Source of the DNA: Propioniciclava sp.
GTDB taxonomy: Bacteria; Actinomycetota; Actinomycetes; Propionibacteriales; Propionibacteriaceae
Direction of reading: 5' to 3'
Assembly (NCBI GenBank): GCA_047973315.1
Contig: JBKEBV010000102.1
Coordinates: forward strand, 1,102 to 65,101
Length of the DNA: 64,000 bases
This document shows, in pieces, positions 56,806 through 64,000 of the stretch. Each line of letters opens with the position of its first letter. Within the stretch, counting starts at the first letter, position 1. The position numbers and the translations under genes are program-made. The notes beneath the pieces were generated by a model, which saw only the letters and a program-made list of their open reading frames with translations, had not been told where the DNA came from and did no database searches.

Positions 56806-59373
56806 ATGGCATCTTTGGTTCACGTGAGTACCCCCCGCCCGGTCCGCCGCGAACACTGGGCCCGAGCGTCCTGGCCGCTCGGGGCGCACGTCCGCGCCCT
56901 CGGCACCACCACCTTCGCCGTGGTGTCTACCCGGGCGACCCGGGTGCAGATCGAGTTCTATCCCGAGGCGGTGGGCGCCGACGCCGACGCGGTGTTCTGG
57001 CTGGAGCGGGGTGATGACGGGGTGTGGCGCGGCGAGTTCGACCGGGCGCGGCACGGCACCCTCTACGCCTTCCGCGCCTGGGGGGAGAACTGGTTATACG
57101 ACGAGGCCTGGGTCCCCGGCTCGGCGGCCGGGTTCTTCCGGGACCTCGATGGTGAGCACAACCATTTCAATCCGAACAAAGTCCTGTTCGACCCCTACGC
57201 CCGCGAGATCACCCACACCACCTTGAGTGCGCTGGTCGACCAGACCGGTGCCGACCGTGGCATCTTCGGATGGGGGCCGAGGGATTGGCGGGGCAGGCCC
57301 GTCCGGGAGGCCGACACCGCCCGTCAGGCGCCCAAGGGCATCGTCATTGAGGACGCCACCGGCACCGGTCGTCCACCCCGCCACCCGGAGCAGGACCACG
57401 CCATCTACGAGACCCATGTGAAGAACCTCACTCTCCACCCCAGCACCGCCCGACTGAACGAGCACCTCGCCGGCGCCGTGGGTTTCGAGGCGGTGGCCGA
57501 TGTCCCCGGGGCCCTGCGCGGAACCTATGCCGGGGCGAGCCTGATGGCGCCCTACCTGCGCGATCTGGGCGTCAACGTGATCGAGTTCCTTCCGGTCCAG
57601 GAGACCGATTCCGACCAGGTCGGCTCCCGGGCCGGCACCACGAACCACTGGGGATACCAGACGCTCGGCTTCTTCGCCCCCAACCGCGACTACTCCTCCG
57701 ACCGGTCGCCCGGTGGGCCGACGCGCGAGTTCAAGCAGATGGTGAGCGCGTTCCATGACCACGGCATCGAGGTGTTCATCGACGTGGTCCACAACCACAC
57801 CGCCGAGGGCGGGAACTGGGGTGACGGCGTCGAAGGCGTCGGGTTCACCACGCTGGGCGGCTTCGCCACCACCGAGTACTACGCGCTCCTGGCCGACGGC
57901 TCACTGATCGACGGCGCCACGGGGACCTCGAACCAGATGAATTACTCCTCGGTGTGGTCACAGCAGCTGGTGGTGGACTCGCTGCAGTACTGGCACGAGT
58001 CCATGGGCGTGGACGGCTTCCGCTTCGATCTCGCGCCCGTGCTGGGCCGCAGGCCGAACGCCGCCGAGGCTGACGACTGGGAGGCGCAGCGGCGCTTCTA
58101 TCCCGACCATCCGCTCCTAGCAGCGATCAGCGGCTACGCCGCAGATCAGGACATCACCGTGATCGCTGAGGCCTGGGACCTGTGGGGCTACGAGGTGGGT
58201 AACTTCCCTCCCGGCTGGGGCGAATGGAACGGTCGATTCCGTGACGCGATGCGCCGGTTCCTGAAGGGCGACGGCAACACCGGCGACTTCATGGCCTTCT
58301 TCAACGGCGATCACCTTCACTTCAACGCCAACGGAGGACCGCACAAGTCGGTGAACTTCGTTACCGCACACGACGGCTTCACGATGATGGATCTGGTCTC
58401 CTACGACCACAAGGTCAACGATCAGCCGTCCCCCTTCGGGCCCACCGACGGCGGATCCGATGACAATCTCTCGTGGTCCTCCGGGGGCGATCAGCAGCTC
58501 CGCCGCACCCGATGGCGCAATTTCTGGCTGATCACCTTCCTCGCCCGCGGGGTCCCCATGGTGGTCTCGGGCGACGAGTACGGGCGCACCCAGAACGGGA
58601 ACAACAACCCCTGGTCCCTCAACACGGTCGGGGTGTGGAACAACTGGGCCCAGGCAGGCAGCAACGCGCCCACCCGGATCCCGGTCGATCCGGGAAATCC
58701 CGACCTTCCCGGCTACCACGATGTCATCGGCCAGACCGCGGCCGCGGCGGGCGTGAACCCGCTGCTGGCCTTCGCCCGCTACGTCGCCCAGCTGCGCCGC
58801 GAGCAACCCACGCTCCGCCAGCGCCGGTGGGGGGACCTGTCCGTCGGCGGATCTGCCGTCTCCTATGTCTACTTCGGCACCGATCTTCATGCGCCGCCCC
58901 GCCCCGGGGACCGACAGATCGCGGTCGCCATCGACGGCGGGGAGTCCGGCGGCGACGACTTCTGGGTCCTGGTCAACATGTACGACGAGCCCGGGCACTT
59001 CGACCTCAGCGAGTGGGCTGATTCTGCCTCGCACGGACATGAGTGGCGCCGCATCGTCGACACCTCCGCATGGGCGGAGTCGGAGAACAACTCCTGGCCC
59101 CTCGACGAGGGATTCGTGGTGTCGGGCGAATATACCGTCGACCCATGGTCGATCGTGGTGCTCCAGGCCCACCCGGTGGGCCGCTCGGAGCCCTCGGAGA
59201 GCACCATCTGGGGTCGCGGTGGCGGCCTGCACTTCGAGTTCCCGAACATTCTGGGCACCCTGGACGAGGCTCTCGACCTGTTCCGCCGGGGCACCGGGCT
59301 GTTCGCCCGAGCGAACCTTGCCGAGGACGACGATCCGGCCGAGGATGCGGGTGGCGACACCGATGACGGCTGA
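56806..59373 (+). CDS. glgX: Glycogen debranching enzyme (GH13 isoamylase-type) with a C-terminal extension
   Basis: GVNVIEFLPV, DVVHNHT, DGFRFDLA, IAEAWD and NFVTAHDGFT catalytic blocks. 855 aa. Confidence 0.9.
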   Translation: MASLVHVSTPRPVRREHWARASWPLGAHVRALGTTTFAVVSTRATRVQIEFYPEAVGADADAVFWLERGDDGVWRGEFDRARHGTLYAFRAWGENWLYDEAWVPGSAAGFFRDLDGEHNHFNPNKVLFDPYAREITHTTLSALVDQTGADRGIFGWGPRDWRGRPVREADTARQAPKGIVIEDATGTGRPPRHPEQDHAIYETHVKNLTLHPSTARLNEHLAGAVGFEAVADVPGALRGTYAGASLMAPYLRDLGVNVIEFLPVQETDSDQVGSRAGTTNHWGYQTLGFFAPNRDYSSDRSPGGPTREFKQMVSAFHDHGIEVFIDVVHNHTAEGGNWGDGVEGVGFTTLGGFATTEYYALLADGSLIDGATGTSNQMNYSSVWSQQLVVDSLQYWHESMGVDGFRFDLAPVLGRRPNAAEADDWEAQRRFYPDHPLLAAISGYAADQDITVIAEAWDLWGYEVGNFPPGWGEWNGRFRDAMRRFLKGDGNTGDFMAFFNGDHLHFNANGGPHKSVNFVTAHDGFTMMDLVSYDHKVNDQPSPFGPTDGGSDDNLSWSSGGDQQLRRTRWRNFWLITFLARGVPMVVSGDEYGRTQNGNNNPWSLNTVGVWNNWAQAGSNAPTRIPVDPGNPDLPGYHDVIGQTAAAAGVNPLLAFARYVAQLRREQPTLRQRRWGDLSVGGSAVSYVYFGTDLHAPPRPGDRQIAVAIDGGESGGDDFWVLVNMYDEPGHFDLSEWADSASHGHEWRRIVDTSAWAESENNSWPLDEGFVVSGEYTVDPWSIVVLQAHPVGRSEPSESTIWGRGGGLHFEFPNILGTLDEALDLFRRGTGLFARANLAEDDDPAEDAGGDTDDG

Positions 59374-59431
59374 TCCCGGCTACGCCGACCGAGAGTCGCG
59401 GTCCGGGGTGACTTACACCGGTGTAGTTCTG

Positions 59432-59457
59432 TCCCCAGGTGTGCACAAACCTGGGGA
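59432..59457 (+). terminator. Hairpin after glgX
   Basis: TCCCCAGGT-gtgcacaa-ACCTGGGGA, a perfect 9-bp stem. Confidence 0.45.
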
Positions 59458-59477
59458 TAACTCTGCGGTCGGCGTCC

Positions 59478-59921
59478 ATGCCTGACCTGATCATCCATCC
59501 GGGCCCGGGAGTCCCCGACGGCATGGTGGTGCCGTCATCGGCGGTGACCGAGCAGTTCTCCCGCGCCTCGGGGCCCGGCGGGCAGGGGGTCAACACCACC
59601 GACTCCCGCGTCCAGGTATCGGTCGACCTGGCCGCCCTTGAGCTCACCACCGCCCAGCGCGACCGGGTGAACCGGGCGCTGGCAGGGCGGATCCGGAACG
59701 GCCGCCTGCGGGTCGCCGCCGCGGAACACCGCTCCCAGCGCCTCAACCGCCGTGCCGCCCGGGACCGGCTGGGAGCGCTGCTGCGGGCCGCGCTCGCGCC
59801 TCCCCCACCGGTCCGCCGCTCGACCGGGCCCTCCCCTCGCGCGGTGGAGCGGCGGCTCGCGGCGAAACGCGCCCGCGCCCTGGTCAAGGCACGACGTTCC
59901 CGGCCCACGGCCAGCGACTGA
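59478..59921 (+). CDS. arfB: Alternative ribosome-rescue peptidyl-tRNA hydrolase
   Basis: SGPGGQGVNTTDSRV GGQ motif and a basic C-terminal tail. Confidence 0.85.
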   Translation: MPDLIIHPGPGVPDGMVVPSSAVTEQFSRASGPGGQGVNTTDSRVQVSVDLAALELTTAQRDRVNRALAGRIRNGRLRVAAAEHRSQRLNRRAARDRLGALLRAALAPPPPVRRSTGPSPRAVERRLAAKRARALVKARRSRPTASD

Positions 59922-59968
59922 GCCGGTCAGCCCTCGCCAAGGCGCGCCGGGTGCGCTAGAAACGAACC

Positions 59969-60463
59969 ATGCGAGCACTCACCCGGGACCAGGTCTTGGG
60001 CAGCTTCGTCAACGCCACCGACGCCGAGCAGGATCGACTGGTCCTGCCCTGGTGGATCGACGCGACGCTGTGGGACTCGCTCGACTACCTGGGGTGGGCC
60101 GATCCGGCCGATGCCCGCCGGAGCTATCTGGTGGCTGACACATCGTTCGGTCTGATCGGCATTGTGCTCCGGCTACCTACCGGCGGGCCGGGGCAGCGCC
60201 GCACACTCTGCAATCTGTGCTGCACCCAGCACCGTCGGCAGGGTGCTCTGCTCATGGTGGCCCGTCGCAGCGGCCGGGCCGGCCGGAACCACAACACCGT
60301 GGGCACCACCATCTGTGCCGATCTCGCCTGCTCGCTCTACGTGCGGGGACTGCGACGGTCCGACGGCGGCGGCGCGCTGCCCGAAACGCTCGACCCGGGC
60401 GGACGGGTGGCGAGACTGCAGCGGAACCTCGAGGACTTTCTCGGCCGCGTTCTCGTAGACTAG
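59969..60463 (+). CDS. FBP (EF-G-binding-protein-like) domain protein
   Basis: C-terminal treble-clef Cys pattern CNLCC...CADLAC. 164 aa. Confidence 0.7.
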   Translation: MRALTRDQVLGSFVNATDAEQDRLVLPWWIDATLWDSLDYLGWADPADARRSYLVADTSFGLIGIVLRLPTGGPGQRRTLCNLCCTQHRRQGALLMVARRSGRAGRNHNTVGTTICADLACSLYVRGLRRSDGGGALPETLDPGGRVARLQRNLEDFLGRVLVD

Positions 60464-60679
60464 CCGACCCTGCACGCCGCTCGGCGGGTGCGCGTCGGCA
60501 CGCCCCGCCGAACGGCATGCAGACCGGACAGGGTGGGTTATTCGCTCCGGATGATCATACTTTCGTTGGATGGCTCGCACCTTTGACGGAGGGAATCGGC
60601 ACGTTTGTCGCATCCGCCGCGACCCATTTTGTCCTTAAAGTGGCTGTATAGGTCAACTCAACATTGGAGGAAACAAAAA

Positions 60680-60802
60680 ATGAAGCGCCTTGCAGTTGTG
60701 TTCGCAACGTCGATCATGGTGCTCCCGGTCGCGGCGATTCCCGTCACGCCGGACGCCTACCCGCGCTGGATCTGCCGGATCCTGCCGATCGTCTGCCCCT
60801 GA
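60680..60802 (+). CDS. 40-aa secreted-peptide candidate (signal peptide plus a two-Cys, Pro-rich C-terminal segment of about 21 aa)
   Basis: GGAGG (60666-60670) lies 9 nt before the ATG. MKRLAVVFATSIMVLPVAA|IPVTPDAYPRWICRILPIVCP. High third-position G+C despite the AT-rich surroundings. A perfect terminator follows 24 nt downstream. Confidence 0.5.
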   Translation: MKRLAVVFATSIMVLPVAAIPVTPDAYPRWICRILPIVCP

Positions 60803-60826
60803 CCCCCGGGCCTCAACGGCCCTCAC

Positions 60827-60865
60827 GACAACCGCCCCCATGCCTCAGGCATGGGGGCGGTTGTC
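60827..60865. terminator. Perfect 18-bp stem-loop between convergent small genes
   Basis: GACAACCGCCCCCATGCC-tca-GGCATGGGGGCGGTTGTC. Confidence 0.7.
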
Positions 60866-61005
60866 ATGGGTGGACCACTGGGGAGGAGTGGGAGGGGAGG
60901 ACTGCTCTCCAGGCGGGACTGGCGTCGAGCGCCCAAGGTAGCAACCGCAGCAGAAGACGTGAGGATGTGCTTGGAGTCGCTGACAGTGGCCTGCGCCGGA
61001 TGTCG

Positions 61006-61236
61006 TCAGCGACGCCGGGTCGCCTCAGATGATTGACCGGGGATCGTGGGCTGCTTGCTGTGAGGGGGACCCAACACCGCTAACGCAAGACCCACGATCA
61101 ACCCGGTCAACGCGCCCACTGCCCCAAAGGTCCGGGCATCACCGACTAAAATGCCGACAAGGGCGCCTACCGTAATCCCGGCCACGACCGCTATGACCAC
61201 AATGAGATCCGGTGCACCCCCGACATGACGTTTCAT
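61006..61236 (-). CDS. Small two-TM, Gly-rich membrane protein
   Basis: MKRHVGGAPDLIVVIAVVAGITVGALVGILVGDARTFGAVGALTGLIVGLALAVLG... Codon usage is atypical for the window (att, tta, ata, ctt). An alternative GTG start is at 61257. Confidence 0.5.
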   Translation of the reverse strand: MKRHVGGAPDLIVVIAVVAGITVGALVGILVGDARTFGAVGALTGLIVGLALAVLGPPHSKQPTIPGQSSEATRRR

Positions 61237-61370
61237 CTCGGCGTGGGGAGTGGACACGTGATAAGCGTAGAGGGCCGAACCCCCGGGTGGTATCAGGAAA
61301 AAGTAGAGTATTCGCCCCGACGAAAGTACGACTTTGGCGCTCGAGCGGGCCGCGATGCCACACTGGCACC

Positions 61371-62522
61371 ATGTCCCGCGACCGATCCGACACCGGACGG
61401 CTGCCCTGGTGGTTGCGCCGGCTCGGACGCGGGGGTGTCCTCGAGGCGACCGTCGCCCTGCTGATCTTCCTGTTCTCCGAGATCAACTACGGGCCTCCCC
61501 CGATCACCTGGCCCCAGTACATCGCCGACGCAGCCCTGGCGCTGTTCACCGGCGCCAGCGGTCGCTGGCCGCGGATCGGCGGCATCGGTGGTGGCATTGC
61601 GCTGATGCTGGTGGGGGTGCTGCATGGCGACACGTTGTCGCTGGTGATCTTCTGCACGTTCATCCCGGTGGTGTCGACCGGCGCCCACGGTTACGCCCGG
61701 CTCCGGGACTCGCTCACCGTCTGGTACACCGCGGTCCTGATGCTGATCGCCGCAGCCACCTCGAGCGACGCGACCGAGGCTGTCCAGTCAGGGCTGGTCC
61801 TGCTGGCGCTCATGTGTGGCACGTGGGCGACGGGCCGGACGATCGGCCGACTCCGTGAGGAGAGTTCCACCCACAGTGAGCGGCAGGTGGAGGCACTGCG
61901 CGCCCAGCGACGGACGATCGCCCGGGACCTGCACGACACCGTCGCCTACGCCACCACGACCATGATCATGCGGGCTGAGCAGATCAAGCTCCGCTCCCGG
62001 GACGCCGAACTGAACGCCGACCTCGAGTTCATCATCACCACCGGGCGACGCTCGGTCCGGGACCTTCGCGGCATGCTGGAAGCGCTGCGACGCAATGACC
62101 CCTCGTTCGACCTCGCCGCCGACACCCCGTGGCGGATCGTCGAGATCGAGGACGTGCTGGAGAACCAACGGGCCGAGCTGGCGGCCCACGGCCTGACCTT
62201 GGCTGTCACCCGGGACACCAATCTCGACGACCTTCCGGGGTCGGTGCGGGAGACCGCCGCGAAGCTGGTGGTGGAGGCGACCTCCAATATGGTCAAGCAC
62301 GCAGCTCCCGGACCCTGCCGGGTGCTGATCGACCTCGACGGGGACAACCTGGAACTCGTGTTCACCAACAAGATGCGCCTGGGTCAACGGGGGAAGCCGA
62401 ACAACGGTCTCGGACTGCTGGGCGCGGCCGAACGCATCGAGGCGCTCGGCGGGGTCCTGGAGGCGACTCAGGCGTCCGACACGTGGATCCTCAGCGCCCA
62501 GCTGCCTTTGGGGGGAGAATGA
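61371..62522 (+). CDS. Sensor histidine kinase, NarL/DesK-type (HisKA_3) with a membrane-embedded sensor of about 6 TM helices
   Basis: H-box RDLHDTVAYATTTMIMRAEQ and ATPase motifs NMVKHA and NGLGLLGAAERIEALGG. No sizeable extracytoplasmic loop. Confidence 0.85.
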   Translation: MSRDRSDTGRLPWWLRRLGRGGVLEATVALLIFLFSEINYGPPPITWPQYIADAALALFTGASGRWPRIGGIGGGIALMLVGVLHGDTLSLVIFCTFIPVVSTGAHGYARLRDSLTVWYTAVLMLIAAATSSDATEAVQSGLVLLALMCGTWATGRTIGRLREESSTHSERQVEALRAQRRTIARDLHDTVAYATTTMIMRAEQIKLRSRDAELNADLEFIITTGRRSVRDLRGMLEALRRNDPSFDLAADTPWRIVEIEDVLENQRAELAAHGLTLAVTRDTNLDDLPGSVRETAAKLVVEATSNMVKHAAPGPCRVLIDLDGDNLELVFTNKMRLGQRGKPNNGLGLLGAAERIEALGGVLEATQASDTWILSAQLPLGGE

Positions 62523-62526
62523 TGCC

Positions 62527-63186
62527 ATGACCGCGGACGCGATCCCTGTGACGGTCGCCATCGTCGATGATGATGCCATCGTGCGTTCGGCGCTCGCCTC
62601 CTACCTGGAGGCGGGCGGCTTCGACGTCGTCCACCAGGCCACGAACGGGCATGAGGCACTCGCTGCGATCACGCGGGAGCCGGTGGACGTGGTGATCATG
62701 GACGTCCGCATGCCCAAGATGGACGGGATCCGGACGACGGCGGAACTGCGGCGACGTGTTCCCAGGACCAAGATCATCGTCATCACCTCCTTCGACGAGG
62801 ATGAGGCGGTTCGGGACGCGCTGTCGTCGGGGGCCAGTGGCTTCCTCCTCAAGGACACCTCGCCCGGGGGCCTCGCGGACGCGGTACGCACCGTGATGCG
62901 GGGATCCTCGGTCGTCTCGCCCGGTCCGATCACCCGTCTGGTCCAGGTGGTGCCGACCCGCCGGCCCAACGTCGCCCCCGCTGAGGTCGGACTCAGCCCG
63001 CGCGAGGTCCAGATCCTCCAGCTGCTCTGCGAGGCACACACCAACACCGAGATCGCCGCGGCGCTGTGCCTGTCCGAGTCGACGGTCAAGTCCCACATGT
63101 CAGCGATCATGACCAAGCTGCAGGTCTCCTCCCGCCTCAAGGCGGTCGTCCGGGCCCATGAGTTGGGCCTGGTCGAGCGGCTCTGA
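62527..63186 (+). CDS. Response regulator, NarL/LuxR family
   Basis: VAIVDDD, VVIMDVRMPKMDG, and LuxR HTH LSPREVQILQLLCEAHTNTEIAAALCLSESTVKSHM. Confidence 0.9.
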   Translation: MTADAIPVTVAIVDDDAIVRSALASYLEAGGFDVVHQATNGHEALAAITREPVDVVIMDVRMPKMDGIRTTAELRRRVPRTKIIVITSFDEDEAVRDALSSGASGFLLKDTSPGGLADAVRTVMRGSSVVSPGPITRLVQVVPTRRPNVAPAEVGLSPREVQILQLLCEAHTNTEIAAALCLSESTVKSHMSAIMTKLQVSSRLKAVVRAHELGLVERL

Positions 63187-63349
63187 CAGACAGCTGTCAC
63201 CCCCAGCACCTCTTCCCCCACCGACGTCGAGGCTCCCCCTTGGCCACCAAGGTCATCCAGGATGCGCAGGACCGCCACCAACTGCTAGCCACAGCATCCT
63301 TCCGATTCGCCAGCTTGAGCAGGTGGTTGAAGGTTGCCAGAATGAACCC

Positions 63350-64000
63350 GTGGAACGTGACGCGGGACCGACATCGGCGTCGTTCGCCGGTGTCTTGAGC
63401 GAGGCCATTCAGGCCCGGGGTCTGTCGCTGGAGCGGATTCGCGCGCGACTCGAGGCGGCGGGCGTGGCGGTCAGCATCGCCACGCTCAGCTACTGGCAGT
63501 CGGGGCGGTCGCTGCCCACCCGGGCCCGCTCGTACCACACCCTGGTGGAACTGGAGAAGGTCCTCACGCTGGAGGCGGGCCATCTGACCCGCTTCACCCA
63601 CACCGCTGACGGTCGGCGCCGCCATTCGCTCTTCCCCTGGGAGACGGTGCTCCCGGTGGGCGAGGTCGCCTCAGGGATCGTCAATGATCTCGGCATCGAC
63701 ATGCGGGGACAGCTCACCCGTGTCACCATGCAGGACCGCATGGTGATCCGGGCGGACCGCACCGAGAAGATCCAGGTCAGTTCCCTGCTGTGGCGGGCGG
63801 AACGGAACGGGCTTCACCGTTGGCCGCTCGTCGTCGAGCAGGATGCTGACGACCAGACGTCGGTACCGGCGGTGGCGGCCGTCAGCGGCTGCCAGGTGGG
63901 CGAGATCATCGAGGTGCCCGAACGGCATCTGCTCGTGGCCGAGATGCTGGCTCCGCGGCCGTTGCGCCGCGGCGACCATCTGCTGTCCATCTACCGCACG
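63350..64000 (+). CDS. HTH (XRE-like) domain protein, 3' end outside the window
   Basis: The frame is open to the window end and is not in the ORF track because no stop is reached. FAGVLSEAIQARGLSLERIRARLEAAGVAVSIATLSYWQSGRSLP is an HTH. The start is GTG 63350 or GTG 63323. Confidence 0.6.
   Translation, partial: MERDAGPTSASFAGVLSEAIQARGLSLERIRARLEAAGVAVSIATLSYWQSGRSLPTRARSYHTLVELEKVLTLEAGHLTRFTHTADGRRRHSLFPWETVLPVGEVASGIVNDLGIDMRGQLTRVTMQDRMVIRADRTEKIQVSSLLWRAERNGLHRWPLVVEQDADDQTSVPAVAAVSGCQVGEIIEVPERHLLVAEMLAPRPLRRGDHLLSIYRT

Noticed and set aside
1-64000. CRISPR arrays, tRNA/rRNA genes, IS transposases, integrases and prophage blocks
   Set aside because: I found no regularly spaced direct repeats, no cloverleaf-like or rRNA-like segments in the intergenic regions, and no transposase or integrase motifs in any frame I read. 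A covariance-model scan (tRNAscan-SE/Infernal) would be needed to exclude small RNAs formally.

Overview
This is a high-G+C actinobacterial chromosomal segment. The conserved block cca - DUF6049 - murJ/pseudokinase fusion - trxB supports that, but the genus cannot be assigned from the sequence alone. I support about 55 intact protein-coding genes. They include a PRD-regulated galactitol-family PTS operon with a Zn-dehydrogenase and a class II aldolase (1.8-7.8 kb), serS, a P450, and a PAP2/DAG-kinase fusion. Further genes are furA-like/katA, TetR, an acyltransferase, an orphan D12 adenine methyltransferase, two tandem Tat-secreted paralogs, two LCP proteins, and two NarL-type two-component systems. 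The rest include MscS, glgP, glgX, an EamA transporter, LacI, a large LGFP/SLH wall protein, an asparaginase-II-like protein, a rhomboid protease, arfB and an FBP protein. I found no rRNA, tRNA, CRISPR array, transposase or integrase. Five things stand out. (1) A TipA-class MerR regulator is fused to HEAT repeats. A stand-alone paralog of that HEAT domain sits behind a textbook 19-bp-spacer MerR promoter with a perfect dyad (45.2-47.1 kb). (2) A small low-G+C islet encodes a 40-aa signal-peptide-bearing two-cysteine peptide with a strong RBS and terminator. It lies next to a small membrane protein and a polytopic-sensor histidine kinase/response regulator pair (60.5-63.2 kb). (3) Disrupted genes are concentrated between 8.3 and 21.5 kb: a copper amine oxidase with two TAG nonsense codons and several frameshifts, an SDR, NTF2-like genes, a truncated TetR and a lipoprotein. 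(4) A 97-bp palindromic element and a 20-bp exact direct repeat lie between cca and a DUF559 gene. (5) Several operator and promoter candidates are readable by eye. Many long ORFs in the six-frame track are antisense mirror ORFs typical of high-G+C DNA and are rejected.
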